Source: a virus
Taxonomy: Duplodnaviria; Caudoviricetes
DNA: 64,000 nt
Virus record (IMG/VR): IMGVR_UViG_3300042275_000327
Location: 83,627 to 147,626 of that record
Strand: one strand, 5' to 3'
Below are positions 30,887-40,277 of this stretch, in pieces (the first letter of the stretch is position 1; every line of letters begins with the position of its first letter). A program made the position numbers and the translations under genes. The notes under the pieces are model-generated. The model worked only from the letters and a program-made list of their open reading frames with translations, did no database searches and was not told the DNA's origin.

Positions 30887-31948
30887 ATGAACAAAAGAAT
30901 AGTCTGTGATATTGATGATACAATATGTTTTACAACTAATAGAGATTGGGAAAATGCAACACCAATACCTGCTGTAATAGAAAAAATTAATTTTCTCTAT
31001 GAAAATGGTTGGGAGATAATTCTTCAAACTGCTCGTGGTCAGGTTTCTTGTAATGGAGATTCAAAGAAGGCTGAAGAAAAATATGGTGATATTATCAGAA
31101 CTTGGTTAAAAGAGCATAATGTAAAATATCATATTCTTTCTTTTCAAAAATATCTTGCTTCTTATTACATAGATGATAAATCATTAAGACCAGATGAATT
31201 TTCAAAACTAAAGATAGAGCTACTAAAAGAGGGAAGATCTGGAGCTCGAGTTGAAAGACATGGAGATAGAGTATATAAAACCTTTATAGAAAGAGATAAA
31301 GCTCTTCTGGAAGCTTCTTGGTATAACCAGGCAGAGGGATTAGTTCCTATCCCAAAATTATTTAGTGTGATTGATAAAACAATATGTATTGAATATATTG
31401 AAAATGTAGAATTATCATATCCTAGTATTAGTTTTATTAAGGAGTGCTTAGATACATTTTCTATGACTGACTCTTCTGATACAGAAAAATTTTCTTCCTA
31501 TATAGACAGAATCAATAGGGATCATTCTAATTCTTTACAATCTATTTTTAATAAAAATAAATTGGAAGATCTATTTCAGATATCCAAAGAAGATATTCTG
31601 ATACTAGATAAAAATTTAAGTTTTTGTCATGGTGATTTTTCTATTGAAAATATTCTTATTACTCCTGCTAGAGACTATGTTCTCATAGATCCAATTTATA
31701 AGAAAAATATTTATTCAAGTTGGCTTCTTGATGCATCTAAGATGCTTTTATCATTAAGAAAATATGGAAGGAATACATTGTATTCAAATCTATTTAATTT
31801 TATATCTTTAAAGTCAGGATTAAGTAGAAAAACTATTCTATTTTTGGAATTTTGTCACTGGATAAGAATTTATAAATATGCAACTCTTGAAGAAAAAGAT
31901 ATGATAACTAAAAATATTTTGGAGGTTTTTAATGCTTTCAAAGATTAA
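30887..31948 (+). CDS. HAD phosphatase fused to APH/choline-kinase-like phosphotransferase
   Basis: DIDDTIC, TARG, YIDDK; then GRSGA..VYK, CHGDFSIENI, LIDP. Confidence 0.85.
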   Translation: MNKRIVCDIDDTICFTTNRDWENATPIPAVIEKINFLYENGWEIILQTARGQVSCNGDSKKAEEKYGDIIRTWLKEHNVKYHILSFQKYLASYYIDDKSLRPDEFSKLKIELLKEGRSGARVERHGDRVYKTFIERDKALLEASWYNQAEGLVPIPKLFSVIDKTICIEYIENVELSYPSISFIKECLDTFSMTDSSDTEKFSSYIDRINRDHSNSLQSIFNKNKLEDLFQISKEDILILDKNLSFCHGDFSIENILITPARDYVLIDPIYKKNIYSSWLLDASKMLLSLRKYGRNTLYSNLFNFISLKSGLSRKTILFLEFCHWIRIYKYATLEEKDMITKNILEVFNAFKD

Positions 31949-32435
31949 AGAACTTAAAAAAGAAGGAAAGAAGATAGGGTTCACCTGCTCTTCTTTTGAT
32001 CTATTACATGCAGGTCATGTCTTAATGCTGGCAGAATCTAAAGCTAATTGTGATTTTCTAGTTGTTGGATTATTGTCTGACCCAACAAATGATAGACCAT
32101 TAACAAAAAATAAACCAATCCAATCCTTGATGGAAAGATGGATTCAACTACAATCTGTAAGTTATGTAGATCTTATAATCCCATTTGATTCTGAGAAAGA
32201 TCTTTATGATTTACTCCTTCTTCTTCAACCAGATATACGATTTGTTGGAGAGGAGTATAAAGGAAAAAACTTTACAGGAAGTGATTTACAGAAAATTGAA
32301 ATCTTTTTTAATTGTAGAAAGCATTCTTTTAGTTCTTCAGACTTAAAGAAAAGAATAAAAGAAACAGATATCAAAGAAGTTTCAGAAGAAGAAAAAGTAG
32401 AGGAATTAGAAAAATGCAATATAAAGTTGCAATAA
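31932..32435 (+). CDS. HxGH cytidylyltransferase (TagD/RfaE-like)
   Basis: FDLLHAGH, LVVGL, ERW, SSSDLK. Confidence 0.9.
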   Translation: MLSKIKELKKEGKKIGFTCSSFDLLHAGHVLMLAESKANCDFLVVGLLSDPTNDRPLTKNKPIQSLMERWIQLQSVSYVDLIIPFDSEKDLYDLLLLLQPDIRFVGEEYKGKNFTGSDLQKIEIFFNCRKHSFSSSDLKKRIKETDIKEVSEEEKVEELEKCNIKLQ

Positions 32436-33304
32436 GATCCTACAATAGATCAAATATTCTAAAAGAATGTACATTATCATTATTAAAAAAATATAATTTT
32501 GAAGAATCCAAAATTTTCATTTTTGTAGGTGATATGAATCAACTGGAGGAATATCAAAAAGTAATAAAAGGATCATATAATTTTGTTGTTGGAAAAGTTG
32601 GAATAGCAAATATTGATAACTTCATAACAGATTATTTTGATGAAGGTGAAAGAGTTATATGCTTAGATGATGATATCACAGGATTATTTGAAGTAGAAAA
32701 ATATAAAGATCCAAAATCAAAAAGAGAAATTGTATCCATAGAAGAATATTTTGAGTATGGCTTTAATTCTTTAGATAAATTAGGATTATACTGCTTTTCA
32801 ATTAATGTTATAAGTAACTATCTTTTTCTTTCTAATTATCCTTTTGTTACTATTGGACCTCAAATGGTTCCTGGTTGTTGCTATGGAATAATAAATAGAA
32901 AGGATATAAGAATTACTTATAACCATTTGGATGATTCACAGAGAACTGCTCTTATACTTGAAAAAGACCAAAGTATTTTGAAATTTACAAGAGCTACTTT
33001 AAAAGTGGATTATGGAAAGCTATCTGGTGGATTACAAAGCTCAGATATGAGAGGATCTAATTCTTTAGATAGAAAAAATAAGACATTAAGAATATGTGAA
33101 GAATTTAAGAAAGAAGAATTTGGAAAATTCTTTAAAGAACCAAAATTTGATGATAAATATAATCTATATCATATAAGTCTTAATTCAATGTCATTTTTTA
33201 AGAAAAATTATGGTTGGAAAAGTCAGAAGTATTTTGAGTATTTTGAAAATATAGAAGAGGAAAGAGGGATTGAAAAACAAACAAAAAGATGTTCTCTATT
33301 CTAA
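32414..33304 (+). CDS. GT-A fold glycosyltransferase (TAGT/GREB1-like DNA base glycosyltransferase family)
   Basis: IRSYNRS, CLDDDI, DD..RT, GGLQS. Confidence 0.75.
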   Translation: MQYKVAIRSYNRSNILKECTLSLLKKYNFEESKIFIFVGDMNQLEEYQKVIKGSYNFVVGKVGIANIDNFITDYFDEGERVICLDDDITGLFEVEKYKDPKSKREIVSIEEYFEYGFNSLDKLGLYCFSINVISNYLFLSNYPFVTIGPQMVPGCCYGIINRKDIRITYNHLDDSQRTALILEKDQSILKFTRATLKVDYGKLSGGLQSSDMRGSNSLDRKNKTLRICEEFKKEEFGKFFKEPKFDDKYNLYHISLNSMSFFKKNYGWKSQKYFEYFENIEEERGIEKQTKRCSLF

Positions 33305-34322
33305 TGTATCTGAAGAAAATATAAAATCAAGAGCTCCTATTTTTGATGAAAAGAATCTTTCTCTCCTATTTCATTGGATAGAAGAAAGATATAAAATTCA
33401 TAAAAAGAAAGATGTTCTAAAATTGGATTCTCCTTGGACAGATGATAAAATTCTTCAAGATTATAGATTTACAAATGTTAGAAGAGAACACGACAGAGAA
33501 ACAAAATGGTACATAGAACATATTGCTAAAAATAGCTCTTTGTCTATTGAAGACAAGATTTACAATACTTTTTTATTCAGAGCATGGAATAAATCAAAAA
33601 CTATGGAGATCCTTGGAGGACCTTGGAACTATCCTGATTTTATGGATAAGGAAAGGTATAGATCTGTAGTAGAAAGATACTCTACAGATCATCCTGAGTA
33701 TGTCTGGTATACTGCAGCATTCAATTGTGGTGGATTGAAATCATCACAAAAGTTTCCAGATGGTGAAGGATATGCAAGAGCTCATAAAGAAGAAAAAGCA
33801 AAAATGGAAAAGGATTGGGAACAGTGTATTCCAATTCGTATGTTTCATATTCCTCCCCAGATGGAAAAGAAAGATATTGTAAATAGAATTCTTAATTCTA
33901 AAGACCAACCTGAGTGTTTCAACATCATTCAGGAAGTCAGAGGATTCTCAACATTTCTTGCATATCAGGTTTTTGTAGATCTTACATATATAGAAGATTT
34001 TCCTTTTAGTGAGAATGAATTTACAGTATGTGGTCCAGGATGTAGAAGAGGAATTGATGAAGTAGTAAAAGACAGAAATGGATTATCTTATGAAGAGATT
34101 ATCTTTTGGATTAGAGATAATCAAAAAAGTCTTTTTGAAAGATTTAATATAGATCCTATAGAATTATTTGATGATCTTACTATATATGATAGATGTCTGA
34201 ATGTAATGAGTCTAGAATCCTCATTTTGTGAAATATCAAAATATCTAAAAGCATATTATGAAACAGGAAGACCAAGGGTTAGATATAGAAGCTCTGAAGA
34301 TTCTACTAAAAAATTGTTCTAA
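33270..34322 (+). CDS. 5-hydroxymethyluracil DNA kinase (aGPT-Pplase1 family)
   Basis: WIEERYKI..PWTDDKILQDYRFTNVRREHDRET, FLAYQVFVDL, GPGCRRGI, ESSFCEISKY. Confidence 0.88.
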   Translation: MKNKQKDVLYSNVSEENIKSRAPIFDEKNLSLLFHWIEERYKIHKKKDVLKLDSPWTDDKILQDYRFTNVRREHDRETKWYIEHIAKNSSLSIEDKIYNTFLFRAWNKSKTMEILGGPWNYPDFMDKERYRSVVERYSTDHPEYVWYTAAFNCGGLKSSQKFPDGEGYARAHKEEKAKMEKDWEQCIPIRMFHIPPQMEKKDIVNRILNSKDQPECFNIIQEVRGFSTFLAYQVFVDLTYIEDFPFSENEFTVCGPGCRRGIDEVVKDRNGLSYEEIIFWIRDNQKSLFERFNIDPIELFDDLTIYDRCLNVMSLESSFCEISKYLKAYYETGRPRVRYRSSEDSTKKLF

Positions 34323-34341
34323 AAAGGAGTATACTCAATAT

Positions 34342-34866
34342 ATGAATATATTTTATTTACATGAAAATCCAACTCTATCAGCTAAAGCAATGACGAATAA
34401 ACATATTGTCAAGATGATTATTGAGGCAGCTCAATTGCTGTCTACAGCTCATAGAGTTCTTGATGGTTATCCAGTCAAAAAAGGAAGATGGACAACCTAT
34501 CTTCTTGAAGACAAACAAAGAAATGATACTCTCTATAAGTCTACTCATTATAATCATCCATGTGCAGTCTGGGTAAGAGAGTCCTTTGAGAATTATTACT
34601 GGCTATACAAGCATTTTCTTGCTCTATGTCAGGAATATAGAAATCGATATGGAAAGATTCATGAATCAGAAAACAAGTTAGGACACATACTTAGAAGATA
34701 TCCTGAGTCTATGAAAAAGAAAAAGTTTACTCCTCCAGCTCTTGCTATGCCAGAAGAATACAAGGTTGAGGGAGATCCTGTTCAGTCATATAGAAATTAT
34801 TATGAAGCAGAGAAGCTTAAGAATCCAGAAGACATTCAAAGATATAAAGAGGTATTAGGATTATGA
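34342..34866 (+). CDS. Pyrimidine-dimer glycosylase/DenV-superfamily protein
   Basis: MNIFYL..KHIVKMIIEAAQLLST, YKSTHYNHPCAVW, AMP, YRNYY; start reassigned. Confidence 0.8.
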   Translation: MNIFYLHENPTLSAKAMTNKHIVKMIIEAAQLLSTAHRVLDGYPVKKGRWTTYLLEDKQRNDTLYKSTHYNHPCAVWVRESFENYYWLYKHFLALCQEYRNRYGKIHESENKLGHILRRYPESMKKKKFTPPALAMPEEYKVEGDPVQSYRNYYEAEKLKNPEDIQRYKEVLGL

Positions 34867-35849
34867 TCTATATTCTAGGAGATACACATATACGAAAAGA
34901 AGAGCCTTATTATTCTGCTGTGAATAATGTGTTTAAAGAGATCTATGAAGAGTGTAACGAAGGAGATACTATTATTCAATTAGGAGATTTCTTTCACACA
35001 TACAAGCCATTTCCAAAAGAATATTCTCTTGCCTTCTATTGGATAGAAAAGCTTTCTTCTAAAAATGTAAAATTGTATATAATGGCAGGAAATAATGCTC
35101 ATGAATATCATCATCTTCAGAAAACATATGCTATTGATCCTTTAGATAGTTTTGACAATGTGATTCTTATCAAAGATATTGAGAAGCTTACTGTAGAGAA
35201 TATCTCATTCTTAGTACTTCCTTGGATTCCTGAAAGTAGAGTGAAATCTTTGAAGCTTGAAGATGTTTGTGTGATGTTAAAGAATTATATCAACAATCTT
35301 GAGTCTTCTGATATTGACTATTTTCTATATCATTATGAGGATGAGACTGTCTTTATGGGAGGAGAAAATAGAGGTATCGATTTTTCTTTTGTAGAGTCCA
35401 TGATTCCTGGAATCAAGAGAATTGGAGGACATATCCATCTTCAAAGTGACAATTATCTAGGAACTCCTTTTCAGACAAGATTCGATGAATTAGGACAAGT
35501 AGGAAGATATTATACTGTTGAAGATAATTATTTGAAATCTCACGAACTCAAAAACTATGTGAAACATCTTAAGATAGACTTTGACTCTGATTGTCCAAAG
35601 CTAGAATTTAAAGAGCAGAAGATTGTTGTAAATATTTCTGATGCTCCATCAGTAGATTCTGTCTATGAAAAATTTAAGGACAGGCATATCTTCATCAATG
35701 ATATAAAACTGAGGTTTTCAGAAAATAGAACTGAAACTCTTGCTGAAGGAATGGACTCAGAATCCTCCATAAAAGAGCTGTTGAATGAATATATAACAAT
35801 CAACAATGTAGACAGAAAGACATCTTCTTATCTTTTAAACCTTTTTTAG
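34863..35849 (+). CDS. sbcD: SbcD/Mre11-like nuclease (gp47)
   Basis: GDTH, LGDFF, GNNAH, GHIH, YLGTP. Confidence 0.88.
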   Translation: MIYILGDTHIRKEEPYYSAVNNVFKEIYEECNEGDTIIQLGDFFHTYKPFPKEYSLAFYWIEKLSSKNVKLYIMAGNNAHEYHHLQKTYAIDPLDSFDNVILIKDIEKLTVENISFLVLPWIPESRVKSLKLEDVCVMLKNYINNLESSDIDYFLYHYEDETVFMGGENRGIDFSFVESMIPGIKRIGGHIHLQSDNYLGTPFQTRFDELGQVGRYYTVEDNYLKSHELKNYVKHLKIDFDSDCPKLEFKEQKIVVNISDAPSVDSVYEKFKDRHIFINDIKLRFSENRTETLAEGMDSESSIKELLNEYITINNVDRKTSSYLLNLF

Positions 35850-35891
35850 ATGTCAGGAACTATTTAATTATAGAATGGAGAATAAAATTAT

Positions 35892-36308
35892 ATGCCATCA
35901 CCTTATGTAAAATCACTTTCGAAGGAAACAGGAAAGCCAGAATCTGAAATTGAGAAACTTTGGTCTAAAGCAAAAGATATCACTTCTGACACTTTCAATA
36001 AGAAAGAAAAAGATTTTGAAGATAAAGAATATTCTTATACAGTTGGAATAGTGAAAAATATGCTTGGTATCAAAGAGGAACTTTTAGATCCTTCAAAATT
36101 TCTAAATTCTGATCTTTCAGCTAGAGAATTTATAGAGACTGTTACAAGTTCATCATTTCCTTCTTTAGACAAGAATCTTATTCCTCCTGAAGAAGATGAA
36201 GAAGAACCAGAGGAAGAACTAAAAATCACAAAAGAGAAAAAGATAGAAGTTGAATCCATTTCAGATGATGAATGGGGAACAGCTCTAGACAAAATTTTAG
36301 GAGTATAG
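35892..36308 (+). CDS. Hypothetical protein, possibly head-associated
   Basis: EIEKLWSKAK..YTVGIVKNMLGIKE; acidic tail; leads the repeat-module array. Confidence 0.55.
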   Translation: MPSPYVKSLSKETGKPESEIEKLWSKAKDITSDTFNKKEKDFEDKEYSYTVGIVKNMLGIKEELLDPSKFLNSDLSAREFIETVTSSSFPSLDKNLIPPEEDEEEPEEELKITKEKKIEVESISDDEWGTALDKILGV

Positions 36309-36314
36309 ATTAAT

Positions 36315-36947
36315 ATGAGAATTATAGAAGATTTTATTGATGATGAGTCTGATCTTTTGGTAAATAATTACGAAGATGAGTATCTTGAAGAGCCTAGTTA
36401 TTCCATGGAAGATGAATACTTTGAAGAGCCTGCGGGACTAGAATATCCTATGGAAGACGAAGATGAATTTGAACTTGAAAATTCAATGATCATCCCACAA
36501 GACGATTATGATGTTGTTCTTGAAAAAGGAGACAGAATCAAGATAGTTTCTAAAGATTTAAAAGAAGCTGTTGATCTTAGTGAAGTTGACTTCAACGATT
36601 TTGTAAGTCAAAAATTTCACTATGAACCCTTGATTAGATATTTTAATGATCTGAATATTCCTGTTAAAGATATTGTATTTGATGAGGATTTAAGAAATAA
36701 CACGATAACTGCTTCAGCTGGAAAATGGATCAGACGTGACTTAGGAATATTTTCTTATGTTCTAAACTCAGTTGAGTTAAAAACATTTGGCTCTAGAATT
36801 ATAGAAAATAAGTATGGACACCCTGTTTGGGTAACAACTTGGGCTATGGAGTATGAGACTAGAGATAAAGGAGAAAATGGTATTTCATTTACAACTTCTT
36901 GGTGTGATCTTCTAGACTATACTTGGCAATTTCAAGGCAAAGGATAA
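36315..36947 (+). CDS. LEKGD-module protein 1
   Basis: Acidic leader, then MIIPQDDYDVVLEKGDRIKIV, then unique domain. Confidence 0.75.
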   Translation: MRIIEDFIDDESDLLVNNYEDEYLEEPSYSMEDEYFEEPAGLEYPMEDEDEFELENSMIIPQDDYDVVLEKGDRIKIVSKDLKEAVDLSEVDFNDFVSQKFHYEPLIRYFNDLNIPVKDIVFDEDLRNNTITASAGKWIRRDLGIFSYVLNSVELKTFGSRIIENKYGHPVWVTTWAMEYETRDKGENGISFTTSWCDLLDYTWQFQGKG

Positions 36948-36949
36948 TT

Positions 36950-37285
36950 ATGAGAATTATACATTTAGAAAAAGATGAAAAAACTAGAGTAACCTTCAAA
37001 AATTTAAAAGAAGCAATAATAACCAAAAGTGGTTGGGTCTATGATCCTAGAAATCAAGCAATGAGTGGATATCCTACTATTGAAAAAGAAGTAGAAAATG
37101 TTCTTATTACAATTTCTTATGGTGCAGATGATATTGATCTTCCATTTGAAGTGAATATAGAGGATGAATTTAATCAAGAAATTAAAAAGTTTGCTTCAAT
37201 AGAAGGAGTAAAGAGATATATTTATAAATATTACAGACTAGTTCTTAGTAATAAAGATTTCTTTACTCTTATTGGTGATAAATAG
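36950..37285 (+). CDS. Array protein with degenerate module
   Basis: MRIIHLEKDEKTRV..NLKE; start reassigned to ATG 36950. Confidence 0.65.
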   Translation: MRIIHLEKDEKTRVTFKNLKEAIITKSGWVYDPRNQAMSGYPTIEKEVENVLITISYGADDIDLPFEVNIEDEFNQEIKKFASIEGVKRYIYKYYRLVLSNKDFFTLIGDK

Positions 37286-37310
37286 AAATGTCAAAACAAG
37301 GAAAGATGGT

Positions 37311-37736
37311 ATGAGAATTATAAATCTAGATGAGGAAGAAGAAAAGAAAAAAGAGATTGTTGAGATACAGGAAGAAGTTCGAATTCTTCAAGATGATCAA
37401 GAAATCATTCTTGAGAAAGGTGATAAAATACAAATTCTAAAAGAAAATAATTTTGATTTAGAAAATTTGATAGATCAAACAATTTCTAGTATGGAAGGTT
37501 ATTATGTTGGTTCTCCACGAGGAGAAACAACAGAATTTATTCTTGATAAACCTTTTATTCAAATTAAGAGGGATACATATGAATTTTGTGGATTAGATAA
37601 AATAAGTCATAGAAACATAGCTTTTCCTATAACAAAAAAGTCTATAGAAATTAAATCTGTAGATCATGGATTTTATAAAATAAAAGGAAATCATCCTCGT
37701 GGTAATTTTATATTTATCCAATTAAAATTAAGATAA
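37311..37736 (+). CDS. LEKGD-module protein 2
   Basis: IVEIQEEVRILQDDQEIILEKGDKIQILKE plus cargo. Confidence 0.75.
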   Translation: MRIINLDEEEEKKKEIVEIQEEVRILQDDQEIILEKGDKIQILKENNFDLENLIDQTISSMEGYYVGSPRGETTEFILDKPFIQIKRDTYEFCGLDKISHRNIAFPITKKSIEIKSVDHGFYKIKGNHPRGNFIFIQLKLR

Positions 37737-37773
37737 GACAGTAGACATCCTATAAAATGAAAGAGAGCAAGAA

Positions 37774-38187
37774 ATGAGAATAGAAGAAAACATAGTCAAA
37801 TTGGAAGACGATATTGTTATTAGACAGGATGATAGAAAGATCATCCTAGAAAAGGGTGATAGAATAAAAATTCTATTAGAGAATATAGATACTGATTTAT
37901 CTTCAATAAATTTTCTTTATTCAAAAGGATATAAAAAAACAAGTTCAGCTCTTCCAAATAATTATACACTTTTACCAACAAGAAAAAAGTGTTCCTTCAA
38001 AGAATTACTTAAAACTCTTTCAAGAGACAACTTTTCTATGACTAAGAGCTATGTTGATATCCTTGAGAATAAAGTTTTTGTCTTTAGAGGATCTAGAGAA
38101 CTATCAGATTCTTATATTAGTATAACAACCCTTGATGGGATACTCATAGATTCTGTCAGCATTTCACATCAAAAAATTGGAGATTAA
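37774..38187 (+). CDS. LEKGD-module protein 3
   Basis: IVKLEDDIVIRQDDRKIILEKGDRIKILLE plus cargo. Confidence 0.75.
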   Translation: MRIEENIVKLEDDIVIRQDDRKIILEKGDRIKILLENIDTDLSSINFLYSKGYKKTSSALPNNYTLLPTRKKCSFKELLKTLSRDNFSMTKSYVDILENKVFVFRGSRELSDSYISITTLDGILIDSVSISHQKIGD

Positions 38188-38227
38188 AGAAAAGCTATAT
38201 TGGAGCTGATTCATAGAGGAAAATAAT

Positions 38228-39091
38228 ATGAGAATAGAAGAAAAGAAAAAAGTCAGAGTTGGAAAAGTTAAGAAAGATAAGTCTGGAGAAGACTGGATTG
38301 TTCCTGTCTATGTAGATGGAAAATTTAATGATGATATGACTTATTATGCAGGTAATGGTAAAGAAGCTAAAAAAGACGCTGAAGGTACTAGAGACCAGAT
38401 GATAAAAGATATGAAGAACTCTAAAGAGTATGAACTAGAAGAAGATTTTGAACTTGAAACAGAAGAGACTATTATTGATTTGAAAGATGATATTGTTATC
38501 AGACAAGATGATAGAAAGATTATCTTAGAAAAAGGTGATAAGATCATGGTTATCAAAGAACGATTCGAGCCAAACGATATTCTTACGCTGAGTTCTGGAT
38601 TCTTGGCAAGATATGCTGGAAGCAACAAGTACAATGACATCGAGAGATTTCAGAACAAGCTCTTTATTTGGGTTCGTGATGAAGTTGCTGAGGGTAGAAG
38701 ATTCAATTCTCATGTTGATGCTATTGAGGCATTCATTGCTGAGAGGGATGAATATCGAAGAACTCACAATACCTATGAAATTGAAGTTTTCGAATCAGTG
38801 AAGATTTCTCAAGAAGATCATGACATCATCTTGGAGAAGGGAGATAAGATCAGAATTCTTGAGGATGAGAAATTCAACTACATGATGCTTGATAGACTCA
38901 GACAGGATTGTGTTTATGCAATTAATCAATCTAAAAGTACTAGACAACTTTGGGGAAAGACTGTTGATGCACATATAGCAGAAATGAGAAGACTGTATAG
39001 CTTAGTAAAAGAAAAACCAGAGTGGCTGTCTCTTGAAGATATTGATATGTACGAGAAAGAGCTGAAGAAGTTAGAAAAGTCTGGCAAGTAA
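38228..39091 (+). CDS. LEKGD-module polyprotein (2 modules, 3 cargos; last cargo LPD11-like)
   Basis: Two modules; C-terminal YMMLDRLRQDC..LWGKTVDAHIAEMRRLY..KPEWLSLEDI. Confidence 0.8.
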   Translation: MRIEEKKKVRVGKVKKDKSGEDWIVPVYVDGKFNDDMTYYAGNGKEAKKDAEGTRDQMIKDMKNSKEYELEEDFELETEETIIDLKDDIVIRQDDRKIILEKGDKIMVIKERFEPNDILTLSSGFLARYAGSNKYNDIERFQNKLFIWVRDEVAEGRRFNSHVDAIEAFIAERDEYRRTHNTYEIEVFESVKISQEDHDIILEKGDKIRILEDEKFNYMMLDRLRQDCVYAINQSKSTRQLWGKTVDAHIAEMRRLYSLVKEKPEWLSLEDIDMYEKELKKLEKSGK

Positions 39092-39119
39092 AATATATTT
39101 TAGAACGAGGCAAGAAAAA

Positions 39120-39788
39120 ATGAAAGAAAATGTAATTGAAATTCAGGAAGAAATCAGAATCCCTCAGGGTGATCAGGAACTCGTTCTAGAAAAAGGTGAC
39201 AGGCTCAGAGTTTTGGAGAGAGATGTTTCTACTTATAAAGCTCCTAAAGGTAAATCTTGGGATGCTGTTGTAAAGGAACTTGAAAGACAAGGTGCTGAGT
39301 CTGGAAAAGACTATGATCTTATAGGATCTGAAAACTTTTGGGTTAGCTATAAGTTTGATAGTCCTGAGTTACAGAATATTTTAAAGAAAACTTCAAAAAA
39401 GGAAGTAAAAATGAAAAAAATTATTGAAATCAAAGAAGACATTAGTCTTAAACAAGACGACAAGAAGATTATACTCGAAAAAGGCGATAAAATTCAGATT
39501 TTGAAAGAGGATGAAACTCTGACATGGAAAGAATTTAAGAATAGAAAACTTCTTCACAATTCTTTGTCAGAATTTGTTCTTGAAGTTTTTTATCAAAAAA
39601 TTAAATTTAATGGCGTTAACGCTAAAGCTGAGCTTGTTGCAGGAATATTGAGGATCGTTCCAGCAAGAGGAAACATTCTTCTTATAACTCCGGAGAATTC
39701 TGATATTGTAACTATCTATGAAGAATTCAACTATGGGTTTAAAATTCAGTTAGATGCTTTAGGCGCTGTTTTTTATGGATATTACTAA
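39120..39788 (+). CDS. LEKGD-module polyprotein (2 modules)
   Basis: Modules at the N-terminus and at internal ATG 39411. Confidence 0.75.
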   Translation: MKENVIEIQEEIRIPQGDQELVLEKGDRLRVLERDVSTYKAPKGKSWDAVVKELERQGAESGKDYDLIGSENFWVSYKFDSPELQNILKKTSKKEVKMKKIIEIKEDISLKQDDKKIILEKGDKIQILKEDETLTWKEFKNRKLLHNSLSEFVLEVFYQKIKFNGVNAKAELVAGILRIVPARGNILLITPENSDIVTIYEEFNYGFKIQLDALGAVFYGYY

Positions 39789-39818
39789 GATTAAATTCTG
39801 CTAAAAAGGAAAAGAAAA

Positions 39819-40106
39819 ATGAAAGAAAATGTGATTAACATACAAGAAGACGTTATTATTAAGCAAAAAGACAAGAAGATTATCCTTGAAAAAGGAGATA
39901 GAATCAAGGTTTTGAAAGAAGCTAGGGCTCCTAAGATGAAAGTAAATCCTGCAAAAGATTCATTAGAGAAAGATATTTCTAGTATTTCAAATACATTGTC
40001 TAACATGATTGATACTGCAGGCAATAATTACCAAACAGCAAGCTTTGCTAAAATTTTGAAGTCAATAAAGAAAAAAGTTGATGATCTTATTGTTCCATAT
40101 TTTTGA
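39819..40106 (+). CDS. LEKGD-module protein
   Basis: VINIQEDVIIKQKDKKIILEKGDRIKVLKE plus cargo. Confidence 0.75.
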   Translation: MKENVINIQEDVIIKQKDKKIILEKGDRIKVLKEARAPKMKVNPAKDSLEKDISSISNTLSNMIDTAGNNYQTASFAKILKSIKKKVDDLIVPYF

Positions 40107-40193
40107 GAATAAGAATGAAAAAGAGTCTAATATAATTTATATGATAGTATAGACATTTTAAAAAGATTCATCTACCATGATGTAGAAGGAGTT

Positions 40194-40224
40194 CAGGAGT
40201 CATTAAGGTGACTCCTGCTTTTTT
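40194..40224 (+). terminator. Rho-independent terminator
   Basis: CAGGAGTCA-ttaagg-TGACTCCTG followed by CTTTTTT. Confidence 0.85.
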
Positions 40225-40277
40225 ATGGAAAATAATATGAAATTTTTAGTACACTCTTTATATAAGAGGAATTAGGA

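Noticed and set aside
31932-32435. Cytidylyltransferase as the CMP-sialic acid synthetase for NeuB
   Set aside because: It is HxGH (TagD/RfaE) type, whereas NeuA enzymes have a different fold; its context is the DNA modification operon.
36315-40106. CRISPR array or DGR as explanation for the repeats
   Set aside because: The repeats are in-frame, protein-level and synonymously diverged; there is no reverse transcriptase or adenine-specific TR/VR pair.
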